Positions 1 through 9,333 of a stretch of DNA of 64,000 nucleotides are shown one piece after another. The notes beneath the pieces were generated by a model. That model saw only the letters and a program-made list of their open reading frames with translations. It was not told the DNA's origin and ran no database searches. The stretch lies in contig CANJVR010000005.1 of NCBI GenBank assembly GCA_947478395.1, forward strand, positions 1-64,000. The letters are read 5' to 3'. Source of the stretch: Opitutia bacterium (GTDB taxonomy: Bacteria; Verrucomicrobiota; Verrucomicrobiia; Opitutales; Opitutaceae). Position numbers and translations under genes: made by a program. Every line of letters begins with the position of its first letter. The first letter of the stretch is position 1.

Positions 1-2164
1 CCACGGTCATCTCTACATCAAAAAAGCCCCGCCCGAGATGGAGAAACTGGCCGACCCCTACGACCCGGCGCAGTACATTCCTTATTACACGTTCGACCTC
101 TCGTACTATCGGGGCGCGATCTATTCCTATTTCGGCGTCGCGCCCGCGCTGCTGCTCTACGTGCCGTGGACCACCCTGACCGGCAGTTATCTGTCGGAGC
201 AATTTGGGGTCGGATTATTCATGTCCCTCGGGTTCGCGGTATCCGTCGCGCTCCTCGCCGCCCTGCGCAAACGCTATCTGCCCAAAGCTCCCGAGTGGGC
301 GCTTGTTCTCAGCGCTCTGGTCCTCGCGCTCGGTACCGACACCCTGATCATGTTTTGGCCGCCTTACTACAGTCAGGTCGTGCAATCTTGCGCCCGGCTG
401 CTCCAGATCAGCGCGCTGGCGGGGTGTTACCTCGCGCTGCAATCCCAACGCCGCGCCAAAGTCTGGCTCGCCTTCGCCAGTTTATGCACGGGGCTGATGG
501 TCGTCGCCCGGCCTTCGTTTTTCCCCACGATTTTTATGTTGGCGCCACCATGGTGGATAGTAACGCGTCGCGCGCTTGCCGCCAACGACTCACCGCGCGG
601 AGGGTCGTTCAGAATTTTACTCGCCGCGATTCTGCCTCTTTCCGCCATCGGGCTCGGACAGATGTGGCTTAACTGGGCGCGCTTTGAGTCGCCACTGGAG
701 TTCGGCATGACCTACCAGCAATTCGGGCAAGACCTCCGCGAGTTGGTGCAGATGTCGCCCGATTATTTCGTCAAAAATGCGCTGCAGTCGCTTTTCTATA
801 CTCCAACCTTCACGCATTATTTTCCGTTCATGCTCTACCAGTCCGAGCCGATCGGCGCGCTGACCATGCTGCCGTTTAGCTGGCTGCTTGTTTTTCTTTT
901 CTTCGGCTGGGGGTCCCTGAAGAAACGCTCTCCGGATTTCGGCGCGATAGTGCTGGCCCTCGTGATCGCTCCAGTCGGCAATTTGCTGATGTTGTCGTGC
1001 TTCTACCTGGCGTGGGCCCGGCATCATGTCGACGTGGTCTTCCCTTTATCGTTCGCGGCGGCCGTGGGCCTCGTCGCCGGCGCGCATGCGTGGCAAGACC
1101 ATCCTTGGCGTCGCCGATCGCTCGCCGTCGTCGCGGTCGCTCTCGTGGCCGTGAACCTTTGGACCTCCGTTTGCTTCTCATTCACTTTTCCAAGTCGGAT
1201 AGCCTATCCCCAAATTTCATGGGTCACGAACCTGTTCAACGCCCCCGTTTATTTCTGGGAAAAACTCTCCGGCGCTGAGTTTAGCGACACCCGTTCGTTC
1301 AATGTTACTTTCCCGACCGATCGCATCGGCGCCAGTGACGCGCTGATGACCACCGGTACCAAGCAGACCGACACATGTTATGTGCGCTACGTCGACGCGG
1401 GTCACGTAACCCTGAGCTTTTTCCATAACCAATTGGGTGCAATAGAAAGTGACCCGATCGCGATCGCACCCGGCAGCTCGCATCGCCTGGAAATCACTTT
1501 CGGCTCGCTCTGTCCGCCGGCCGGCCATCCAGTTTTCAAGGGGTGGTCGCACGACGCCGTCGAGCGGGCTCATCGCCAGCTTCGCGTCGCGCTCGACGGC
1601 CAAGTCGTTCTGGATCAGGAAATCCGTTTCCATCCATCATCACCGAGTGACGTTAAAGTCGCCGGCTGGCTCAAGCCGGGAGCTGCCCCCAAGCTGGCCG
1701 CCCGTCCATCGCGTCTCCCGACGTGGCCTGCCGGTGGCATCGATCTCACGCTGCAATTCAATAACCGCCGCGCCGAGCGGTACGACCCAGTCTTCAGCAT
1801 CGGCTCGCGTGAGGTGGGCGATCTGCTCTTTGTCGTTTATACCGACGCGACGCATCTTCAGCTCGGTTGGGATCACGGGCTCGCCACTCACACCGTCAGT
1901 CAACCGATTGTCGCCCCCGACGACGGCGCGGTGCACCGCGTGAGCATTGAAGTATTGCCAGCCGGAGCGACCGATAAAAATGGCCGCACGGTCGTCCGCT
2001 TCGACGGCGCCGTGGTCTTGGAAATTCCGACCGCACCGTTTGCGGCCTCGAACGAGACGGCGTGCTTCGGCGTCCAGTCGTTTCCCGCCCCCACCGAGCC
2101 TATCTTCGGCGGTCGGATCCTCAGCGTACAACCACGCCCCGCGTCCCCGTCCCCCTCCCCATGA
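1..2164 (+). CDS. Polytopic membrane protein, GT-C-like, with C-terminal beta-rich extracytoplasmic domains (5'-truncated by window)
   Basis: Frame is open from base 2 (HGHLYIKKAPPEM...). About 10 hydrophobic segments, loop DPYDP...DLSYYRGAIYSYFG, ARP motif, soluble beta-rich C-terminal ~300 aa. Stop overlaps next ATG (ATGA). Confidence 0.7.
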   Translation, partial: HGHLYIKKAPPEMEKLADPYDPAQYIPYYTFDLSYYRGAIYSYFGVAPALLLYVPWTTLTGSYLSEQFGVGLFMSLGFAVSVALLAALRKRYLPKAPEWALVLSALVLALGTDTLIMFWPPYYSQVVQSCARLLQISALAGCYLALQSQRRAKVWLAFASLCTGLMVVARPSFFPTIFMLAPPWWIVTRRALAANDSPRGGSFRILLAAILPLSAIGLGQMWLNWARFESPLEFGMTYQQFGQDLRELVQMSPDYFVKNALQSLFYTPTFTHYFPFMLYQSEPIGALTMLPFSWLLVFLFFGWGSLKKRSPDFGAIVLALVIAPVGNLLMLSCFYLAWARHHVDVVFPLSFAAAVGLVAGAHAWQDHPWRRRSLAVVAVALVAVNLWTSVCFSFTFPSRIAYPQISWVTNLFNAPVYFWEKLSGAEFSDTRSFNVTFPTDRIGASDALMTTGTKQTDTCYVRYVDAGHVTLSFFHNQLGAIESDPIAIAPGSSHRLEITFGSLCPPAGHPVFKGWSHDAVERAHRQLRVALDGQVVLDQEIRFHPSSPSDVKVAGWLKPGAAPKLAARPSRLPTWPAGGIDLTLQFNNRRAERYDPVFSIGSREVGDLLFVVYTDATHLQLGWDHGLATHTVSQPIVAPDDGAVHRVSIEVLPAGATDKNGRTVVRFDGAVVLEIPTAPFAASNETACFGVQSFPAPTEPIFGGRILSVQPRPASPSPSP

Positions 2165-3978
2165 GCCTCGTATCCGCCTCGGTTCCCAGTCGGGCTGTTT
2201 TAATGGCGCTCGGCCTCGGGTCGCTCGTGCTGATGGTTCACACGTTCGGCATTCCCCTCCTGCCCAACGCGGGTCACACGCTGTCTGTCGCAGAAATTCA
2301 ACCTGATGCCACGCCCGGTTCGCATGCGTTCGTCGCCGCGTTTTCCGCGTCGGCCGGCGATGCACCCAACGACCGGCGCAGCCACCTCGAATTTTTCGAA
2401 GACGGCACGCCTCTAGTCGGCCACGCCGAGATGGCGACCGTCGTCAACTACGGGCATGGTAACTACACGCATCGCGACGGCCGGCTGTTCTTTTCCACGA
2501 GCGATAATTCAGATCCCCGCAAAAATGGCCGCGACTACGATCTCTACTATCCGGTGCTTTATTCTCCCCCGCTCGGCTACGCGGCCGCGTTCGTTTTCGG
2601 ACTTGTCGTTATGCTTCTAGGTCGCTCGACCGCAGCCGCCTCGTCTCCAGGTCCGAGCCCCGCCGCCGCCAAGTCCGTTTCCCGCTTCGGTCTACACGTA
2701 GCCGGCGCCAGCGCGCTGCTCTTGCTGGGGCTTTACTGCTCGACCGGCACCCTCTCGCCGTACGCCAACAACGGCAACGCGTTCGTCGCGACCTCTTACA
2801 AGTTCATCTACAACCCGGATCACGTTCATTTCCGCGCGCTCTTCCAATTCATCGACGGACAGCCCCGCCCGGTGTGGGAGGGGGCGATCTTTCTGCGGCG
2901 CATCCTGTTTCCCGTGCTCACGTACCCGTTCATGAAAATCTGGGGTTTCGAGATCGGCGGCGCCATCGGCAGCCTCGTGCTCAACACGGCCGCGTTCGCC
3001 GTCTTTCTTGTGCTGTTGCGCCGCTTCATCGGCGAGCGGGGCACGATCTTCGCGGCGTGGCTGCTCGCGCTTTATCCCGGAGCGACCTACTGGGGCGGGC
3101 TGCCCTACGTTTACTCGATTATTTTTCCCGCGTGCCTGCTCCTCACCATCGGCTTGCTTGCGCTGCGCACCACCGACTCCCTCGCCCGGGTCGCGTGGAT
3201 CTCACTGGCGATGGGCGTCAGCTATCTCGGCTACGATCTCATCGTGTTTTATCTGCCGGTCAGCTTGTTCGTCCTACTGGTGCGACGTCGCTTCGGAGCC
3301 GCGGTGGTGGCGGCGGGTTGCCAGATCCTGCCGTTGGCCGCCTGGCTGTTTTTCCTTCAGCACGGACTCCATCAGGGCCTGACGAACTCGAATTCCGCGG
3401 CGTTCGGCGTCGTCTTGAATTCCTACCGTCATCTCACCACGGACCTCAGTGGCTGGTGGCAAATTGTCCAGCATTCGCCGGCGATCGCGCTCAACGTTTT
3501 CTTCGGCGCAAACTTTCTCTTCCTCGCTGCGCTTTTTCTATTCGTGCTCCTCGTCAATGCGAGCACGTCGCGCGTGCGCTTCACCTCCGTGGAAGTCGGC
3601 CTGCTCGGCCTCGCGGGTGCGTTGTTCCTCTTCAACAACCTCGCGCCCGACTACGTCGCGCCGTGGCAGATGCGCGGCACGTGGATCGCGCGGATCTACC
3701 AGCCAGTCTTCCCCGCGCTCGTGCTCTTTTGCGCCCGCTGGTTTGCCGCGCTGCCGCCGTTGTCCACTCGCATCCGGTGGAGTCTCGGCGGGGTGTTGAT
3801 CGCATTCAGCGTGGGCAACGCGCTCGTGGTCTTCGGTCCGATCCTCAACAATCCACTCGCGCTCTCGGAAAACGTGTTCTTCGCCTTCGTCGATTCCATG
3901 GCGCCGCATTCGCTCTACGAAAACAACCTGCGCACGTTGGGGCGCCGCCCGCTCGGTTTCCGCTACGAGGCGCCCTGA
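2161..3978 (+). CDS. Polytopic membrane protein, GT-C-like, with small N-terminal periplasmic domain
   Basis: ATG 2161 coupled to upstream TGA. More than 10 TM segments. Loop YNPDHVHF...FLRRILFP resembles the RRIL motif of the genes at 30193 and 33375. Confidence 0.7.
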   Translation: MSLVSASVPSRAVLMALGLGSLVLMVHTFGIPLLPNAGHTLSVAEIQPDATPGSHAFVAAFSASAGDAPNDRRSHLEFFEDGTPLVGHAEMATVVNYGHGNYTHRDGRLFFSTSDNSDPRKNGRDYDLYYPVLYSPPLGYAAAFVFGLVVMLLGRSTAAASSPGPSPAAAKSVSRFGLHVAGASALLLLGLYCSTGTLSPYANNGNAFVATSYKFIYNPDHVHFRALFQFIDGQPRPVWEGAIFLRRILFPVLTYPFMKIWGFEIGGAIGSLVLNTAAFAVFLVLLRRFIGERGTIFAAWLLALYPGATYWGGLPYVYSIIFPACLLLTIGLLALRTTDSLARVAWISLAMGVSYLGYDLIVFYLPVSLFVLLVRRRFGAAVVAAGCQILPLAAWLFFLQHGLHQGLTNSNSAAFGVVLNSYRHLTTDLSGWWQIVQHSPAIALNVFFGANFLFLAALFLFVLLVNASTSRVRFTSVEVGLLGLAGALFLFNNLAPDYVAPWQMRGTWIARIYQPVFPALVLFCARWFAALPPLSTRIRWSLGGVLIAFSVGNALVVFGPILNNPLALSENVFFAFVDSMAPHSLYENNLRTLGRRPLGFRYEAP

Positions 3979-3987
3979 TGTTCGGAA

Positions 3988-4071
3988 TTGCCCACGGAAC
4001 ACACGGAATACACGGAAGAATAACAAATAGAGTTGGCGGCCTTCCGTGTATTCCGTGTGTTCCGTGGGCAA
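3988..4071. repeat. Perfect 31-bp inverted repeat with 9-bp-unit arms, 22-bp spacer
   Basis: ttgcccacggaacacacggaatacacggaag (3988-4018) and its exact reverse complement (4041-4071). Confidence 0.95.
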
Positions 4072-4098
4072 ACAACTGATTCGCTGCACCTCCCCGTC

Positions 4099-4563
4099 AT
4101 GGCTCAACCCAATCTCAAGCAAGCCGGCATCAAGGACGTTACTTTTGGCGAGAACGTCACGGTCATCGAGCCCGTCAACCTCTACGGCTGCACGATCGGA
4201 AATAATTCGTTCATCGGCCCCTTCGTCGAAGTGCAGCGCGACGCCACCATCGGCGAACGCTGCCGGATTCAATCGCACACGTTCATCTGCGAGTTGGTCA
4301 CGATCGGCGACGACTGCTTCATCGGCCATGGCGTGATGTTCACGAACGATCTATTCCAGTCGGGCGGCCCGTCGGGCCCGGACCGGACAAAATGGAAAAA
4401 GACAAACATCGGCCGACACGTTTCCATCGGCTCCAACGCGACGATCCTGCCGGTCAACATCTGTGATCGTGTCGTGATCGGCGCGGGCGCGATGGTGACG
4501 AAAGATATCACGCGCGCCGGCGTCTACGCCGGCAATCCCGCGCGGCTGCTGCGCGAGCTGTAG
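4099..4563 (+). CDS. Hexapeptide-repeat (LbH) sugar N-acetyltransferase, WbpD/QdtC-like
   Basis: IGxxxxIG hexapeptide repeats, IQSHTFICELVTIG, VMFTND, C-terminal YAGNPAR. ATG 4099 preferred because the upstream part of the ORF is translated repeat. Confidence 0.9.
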   Translation: MAQPNLKQAGIKDVTFGENVTVIEPVNLYGCTIGNNSFIGPFVEVQRDATIGERCRIQSHTFICELVTIGDDCFIGHGVMFTNDLFQSGGPSGPDRTKWKKTNIGRHVSIGSNATILPVNICDRVVIGAGAMVTKDITRAGVYAGNPARLLREL

Positions 4564-4584
4564 GCGCGCGCGGCTGGCGCGCCA

Positions 4585-4701
4585 GTTTTGGGTTTTGGGT
4601 TTAGAGTTGGAGTGCCCTGCGAGCAGCCTGCCCGAATCCCGTTTCAAATATTCGCGATCGGGCCGGACCAATCCAAAACCAAAAACACGAAACCCGAAAC
4701 T
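4585..4701. repeat. Imperfect inverted repeat with 7-bp-unit arms
   Basis: Left arm gttttgg-gttttgg-gtttaga-gttggag (4585-4612). Right arm ccaaaac-caaaaac-acgaaac-ccgaaac (4673-4700). Confidence 0.8.
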
Positions 4702-4821
4702 GCTCCACGCGCGCACGCGCGTCGCATCTTTCACTTTCACTTTTGCGGGCGCCCTGAAATACTCGCCGCAATGTCGCTTCTCCCGCCCGTCCCGCCGCAC
4801 CTGCCGGTCTCCTCCGCCGGG

Positions 4822-5925
4822 ATGCGCGTGCCGTACAACGATCTTCACGCGCAATACCTCACGCTCCAGCCCGCCATCGACGCAGCCATCGCCCAAACGT
4901 TGCGCGATTCGGCCTTCATCCGCGGACCAGCCGTCGAGCATTTCGAAAAAGCCTTCGCGGCCACCGTCGGCACGAAGCACTGCGTTTCCTGCGCCAACGG
5001 CACCGACGCGCTCTACATCGCCTATCGCGCCCTCGGACTGCAGCCCGGCGATGAAGTCATCACCTCCGCCCACTCGTGGATCGCCTCCTCTGAAACCATC
5101 ACTCAGGCCGGCGGCAGCGTCGTTTTTGCCGACACCGATGCGGCGACCTCGACGATCGATCCCGCCGACATCGCGCGTAAAATCACGCCCCGCACGCGCG
5201 GCCTCGTGCCGGTTCATCTTTACGGTCAGCCGGCCGACATGGATGCGATCATGGCGCTCGCCCGGAAGCACAATCTGTGGGTCGTCGAGGACTGCGCGCA
5301 GGCGCATCTCGCCCACTATCGCGGCCGGATGGTCGGAACGTTTGGCCAAGCCGCGACGTTTTCATTTTATCCCGGAAAAAATCTCGGCGCGATGGGCGAC
5401 GCCGGCGCGCTCGTGACCAACGATGACGCGGTGGAAAATTTCGCCGCGATGTTCGCGCGTCACGGTGGCCGCAACAAAGGCACGCATGAGATCGAGGGCA
5501 TCAACAGCCGCCTCGACGGACTCCAGGCCGCGATCCTCAACGTCAAACTGCCGCACCTGTCCGCATGGACGAAAGCCCGGCAAACGCTGGCGCGGGATTA
5601 CGACCGACGGCTGGCCGGCGTGGGCGATCTGGTGTTGCCCGCCGTCGCCGAGGGTCGTGAACACGTCTATCACATCTACGCGGTGCGCACGCGCCAGCGC
5701 GACGCCCTTCGCGCTCATCTCGCGGCCCGCGGCATTCAGACGCAGCTCAACTATCCAACCGCGTTGCCCTTTGTGCCAGCGTATCGGCGTCTCGGGCACC
5801 AGCCCGCCGATTTCCCCGTCGCCCATGCGCATCAATCGCAGACCCTCTCGCTGCCGCTCTATCCGGAAATCGCCGCGGCCCAGGTCGATTATCTGATGGC
5901 GGAGATCAAAGCATTTTTCGGCTAG
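4822..5925 (+). CDS. DegT/DnrJ/EryC1/StrS PLP-dependent sugar aminotransferase
   Basis: ANGTDAL, PVHLYGQ, EDCAQAH, FSFYPGKNLGAMGDAG, NSRLDGLQAA, LSLPLYP. Alternative start at 4771. Confidence 0.95.
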   Translation: MRVPYNDLHAQYLTLQPAIDAAIAQTLRDSAFIRGPAVEHFEKAFAATVGTKHCVSCANGTDALYIAYRALGLQPGDEVITSAHSWIASSETITQAGGSVVFADTDAATSTIDPADIARKITPRTRGLVPVHLYGQPADMDAIMALARKHNLWVVEDCAQAHLAHYRGRMVGTFGQAATFSFYPGKNLGAMGDAGALVTNDDAVENFAAMFARHGGRNKGTHEIEGINSRLDGLQAAILNVKLPHLSAWTKARQTLARDYDRRLAGVGDLVLPAVAEGREHVYHIYAVRTRQRDALRAHLAARGIQTQLNYPTALPFVPAYRRLGHQPADFPVAHAHQSQTLSLPLYPEIAAAQVDYLMAEIKAFFG

Positions 5926-5975
5926 GAATCACGAACGGACGCCATGTCTTCCTTTAGTCTGATCCATGAAGTCTT

Positions 5976-6012
5976 TGTAGGCGGGTTGCCCTCACCCCGC
6001 ACCCCGCCCACA
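5976..6012. repeat. REP-like palindrome family A (GTAG/GTGG-GCGGGG type), internally deleted doublet
   Basis: tgtaggcgggttgccctcaccccgc followed by accccgcccaca. Related copies at 10266, 30088, 52996, 54645. Confidence 0.75.
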
Positions 6013-6093
6013 GGGGAAACGGCCCTTTCGGCAAATCAGCGTGTCACGTATTACGTTACCCGCGGCCCAGCACCCTGAAACTGACTTCGAACC

Positions 6094-7893
6094 ATGTGCG
6101 GCATCGCGGGACTGCTTAATTTCAACTCTGCACCGGTGCAGCGCGATGAGCTCGTGCGGTTCACCGATGCGCTCGCACACCGCGGGCCCGACGGTCGCGG
6201 CCTGCTTTTCGATGGCGCGCTCGGCCTTGGCCACCGGCGGCTCGCCTTGCTCGATCTCAGCCGCCGCGGACGTTGCCCCATGCCTTTCGAGGACTCCTTG
6301 CCGGTCCACGTTGGCGCGCGCGTCCGCGGCACGATGGCGGCGTGGAGCAACGCAGGCTGCGAGGACGCCACGCAAACGCCCTACCGCTACTGGCTCACCT
6401 ACAACGGCGAAATCTACAACTTCATCGAACTGCGGCAGGAGCTCGCCGCGATGGGTCATCGTTTCCGCAGCGAGAGCGACACCGAGGTCGTGCTCGCCGC
6501 CTACGCGCAATGGGGCGAGGCCTGCCTCACCCGCTTCAATGGCATGTGGGCCTTCGCCCTTTGGGACCGCGTCAAACGCACGCTTTGGCTGGCCCGCGAT
6601 CGCTTCGGCGTGAAACCACTCTACTACGCCCAGACCGCGACGCGTTTCGCCTTCGCTTCCGAGATGAAGGCGTTTCCCGCGCTGGACGGTTTCAGCGCGA
6701 CGCTGAACACCGACATCGTTCCGGCCTATCTGCAAAGCTCCTACGCCATCGAGGGCACGCGCACCGATACGCTTTTCGCGGGCGTACACCGCCTGCCGGC
6801 GGGACATTCCATGCGCGTGTCAGCGGAAGGCGCGGTCACCGTCAGCCGTTGGTGGGAAACCGCCGATCATTTCCCCGCGGTGCCGACGCGCTACGAGGAC
6901 CAGGTGGAGCAATTCCGCGCACTGTTTCTCGACGCGACGCGCATGCGGCTCCGCAGCGACGTGCCGGTTGGAACGTGTTTGAGCGGCGGCGTCGATTCGA
7001 GCGCCGTGGCTTCGACGATGGCGCAGCTCCATCGCACTTCGGGTGCGGACCTGACGCGCACGCCGGGCGACTGGCGCCGCGCGTTCATCGCGGATTTTCC
7101 CGACACGGCGCTGAACGAGCGCGCCTACGCCGATGAAGTCGTCGCGCACACCGGCGCCAAGCCGCATTACTGGCGCTTCGATCAGCAGGAGGCGTTGCAA
7201 CACATCTTGGATTCGGTGTGGAGCATGGAGGACGTCTACGGCGGATTGGCCACGCCGGTGTGGTGCCTTTACCGCGAACTACGGCGCGCGAAAGTCGTTG
7301 TTTCTCTCGACGGACACGGGGCCGACGAACTGCTGGGCGGTTACGCGTGGTACCTCGACTGGATGCAGACGCAGGCCAACGCGAATCTCTACCGCGATTT
7401 TCATTCGACGCTGCTGCCCGCGATCCTGCGCAACTTCGACCGGTGTTCGATGGCGCACGGAATCGAGGTACGCATGCCGTTCATGGACTGGCGGCTCGTG
7501 ACGTTTGCGCACGCGTTGCCGGCCTCCAGCAAGTTTGGCGGCGGCTACACCAAGCGGATTTTACGGGACGCGATGGCGGGCATCATGCCGGATCGCGTGC
7601 GGCTGCGGCGCTTCAAGATCGGTTTCAACTCGCCCATGATCGAGTGGTACAACGGCGGGCTCGCGCCGCTCATCACGAGCATCGTCAATCATCCGCTCTG
7701 GCTGGAGAGCGCGCACTGGGACGGCCCCGCGTTGCGCGATCGCGTGCTGGAAAAAACGAATGCGAAATCATGGACGATGGCCGACTGGGGCGAATCGATC
7801 GAACTCTGGACGCGGTTCAACCTCGTGTTGTGGCAACTGCTCTTCATCGAGAAATCCACCGCCAGCCTCGGACTCCCGGAGTTTGCCCGATGA
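6094..7893 (+). CDS. asnB: Asparagine synthase (glutamine-hydrolysing) family amidotransferase, probably glycan amidation
   Basis: MCGIAG N-terminus, HRGPD, GHRRLA, NGEIYN, SDTEV, RDRFGVKPL, LSGGVDSS, DGHGADE, EVRMPF. Confidence 0.95.
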   Translation: MCGIAGLLNFNSAPVQRDELVRFTDALAHRGPDGRGLLFDGALGLGHRRLALLDLSRRGRCPMPFEDSLPVHVGARVRGTMAAWSNAGCEDATQTPYRYWLTYNGEIYNFIELRQELAAMGHRFRSESDTEVVLAAYAQWGEACLTRFNGMWAFALWDRVKRTLWLARDRFGVKPLYYAQTATRFAFASEMKAFPALDGFSATLNTDIVPAYLQSSYAIEGTRTDTLFAGVHRLPAGHSMRVSAEGAVTVSRWWETADHFPAVPTRYEDQVEQFRALFLDATRMRLRSDVPVGTCLSGGVDSSAVASTMAQLHRTSGADLTRTPGDWRRAFIADFPDTALNERAYADEVVAHTGAKPHYWRFDQQEALQHILDSVWSMEDVYGGLATPVWCLYRELRRAKVVVSLDGHGADELLGGYAWYLDWMQTQANANLYRDFHSTLLPAILRNFDRCSMAHGIEVRMPFMDWRLVTFAHALPASSKFGGGYTKRILRDAMAGIMPDRVRLRRFKIGFNSPMIEWYNGGLAPLITSIVNHPLWLESAHWDGPALRDRVLEKTNAKSWTMADWGESIELWTRFNLVLWQLLFIEKSTASLGLPEFAR

Positions 7894-7894
7894 T

Positions 7895-8029
7895 TTGTCC
7901 ACGGAACACACGGAATACACGGAACGAGACCCAACTATTCCAAACCTCGATTGAGCGGCCGTTGCCCAAACCAAACACGCTGGCTTCAATCGTTTTCATT
8001 TCCGCGTGCTCCGTGTGTTCCGTGGGCAA
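7895..8029. repeat. Second 9-bp-unit inverted repeat (30-bp arms, 4 mismatches, 75-bp spacer)
   Basis: ttgtccacggaacacacggaatacacggaa ... ttccgcgtgctccgtgtgttccgtgggcaa. Arms match 3988-4071 but the spacer is unrelated. Confidence 0.92.
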
Positions 8030-8053
8030 TCCTCCTTACCTGAGTTTCTGCCG

Positions 8054-9145
8054 ATGAAATTCCTCCAACTTTTTCCGCTCTACGGCGAGTACGTGCAGGA
8101 TTTCTACGCCGCGCGTCCGGGCCTCGCGACGCAGCCCTACGCCGCGCAAAACGCCGCGCTCATCGAGGATGGGTTCGGCCTCGTGCACATGTTCGCGCGG
8201 TACCTCGCGCCGCACGGCTTTGAAACGGAGATCGTCTTCACCGAGGCCGAGCCGGCGCAACGCCAGTGGCTCGCCGAAAACTCCCCGACGCGACTCGACC
8301 ACAACGAAAACTGGCGCCACGAAATCGCCGCCCGCCAAGTCAACGCCGCCAAGCCCGACATTCTCTACATCACCGAGCCCGTGGGCTACGACCGGCGTTT
8401 TCTCGACCTGCTCACGCACCGGCCGCGGATGATTCTCGCCTGGAAAGCGGCCGCCATTCCGGCGGGCACGGACTGGCGCGGGATCGATCTTATTCTCTCA
8501 AATTTTTCGCCCACATTCAAATGGGCGCTCGAACGCGGCGCGGCTCGGGCCGAGTTTTTCACGCCAGGCTTTCCCGACCAGCTCAGGGAGGAAATGCCCG
8601 ACGAGGGAAAAATTTGGGATTTGTCGTTTATCGGCAGCGTCAGCTCCGAGCACCGCACGCGCACCGATTATCTGAACTCGCTCGCGAAGGCGCAGCTTGT
8701 CCGTGAAAACGATTTTTCGCTCGGCTATTTTCTCCGCACCGCCGAGCCCGAGATCGTGCCGGTCGGCGTCGCGCTGCACAACCGCGGCGCGTTATGGGGT
8801 CAGGCCATGCATCGCGTGCTCAAGGGCAGCCGCATCGCGCTCAACATCGGGATCGACCTCGCCAAAGGCGAAACCGGCAACATGCGCATGATCGAGGCAA
8901 CGGGCTTGGGCTCGTTTCTGCTCACGGAGTATCAGGACAACATCCGCAAATATTTTGAGCCCGGGGTCGAAATCGAAACATTTAGTTCACCGGGTGAACT
9001 GGAGGAAAAAGTCCGGTTTTATCTTCGCGACCCCGTGGCGCGAGAAGCGATCGCCCAACGCGGCCGCGCCCGGTGTCTGCGTGATTTCTCGATGAGCCAG
9101 AGCGTCGCGCGATTAGCCGAGCTGATCCGGCACCACCTCAAGTAA
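8054..9145 (+). CDS. Glycosyltransferase, CgeB/Glyco_trans_1_2-like
   Basis: DLSFIGS, SRIALNI, NMRMIEATGLGSFLLTE, FEPGVEI, REAIAQRGRAR. Confidence 0.85.
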   Translation: MKFLQLFPLYGEYVQDFYAARPGLATQPYAAQNAALIEDGFGLVHMFARYLAPHGFETEIVFTEAEPAQRQWLAENSPTRLDHNENWRHEIAARQVNAAKPDILYITEPVGYDRRFLDLLTHRPRMILAWKAAAIPAGTDWRGIDLILSNFSPTFKWALERGAARAEFFTPGFPDQLREEMPDEGKIWDLSFIGSVSSEHRTRTDYLNSLAKAQLVRENDFSLGYFLRTAEPEIVPVGVALHNRGALWGQAMHRVLKGSRIALNIGIDLAKGETGNMRMIEATGLGSFLLTEYQDNIRKYFEPGVEIETFSSPGELEEKVRFYLRDPVAREAIAQRGRARCLRDFSMSQSVARLAELIRHHLK

Positions 9146-9159
9146 GCGGGAATTTTCTC

Positions 9160-9277
9160 GGATTAAGCGCCAAGGCGCAAAGGCGGCTTTGATCCCGAAC
9201 CCAAATATTCGATTAGATTCAGACCCTAAAGACCTTTGCGATCGAACTTCGCATCTTTGCGTCTTCGCGCTTAATCC
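9160..9277. repeat. Inverted repeat with 8-bp-unit arms
   Basis: ggattaagcgccaaggcgcaaaggcg ... catctttgcgtcttcgcgcttaatcc, 22 of 26 positions complementary. Confidence 0.85.
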
Positions 9278-9333
9278 AAAATACTCCCCGGGCTTGACCT
9301 CCGGCGATTTTCTTCCGCCCCTCAGCGTTTCGC

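Noticed and set aside
3988..8029. Near-identical 30-bp repeats with unique spacers as a CRISPR array
   Set aside because: The repeats are inverted pairs 3.9 kb apart rather than a tandem direct array, and there are no cas genes.
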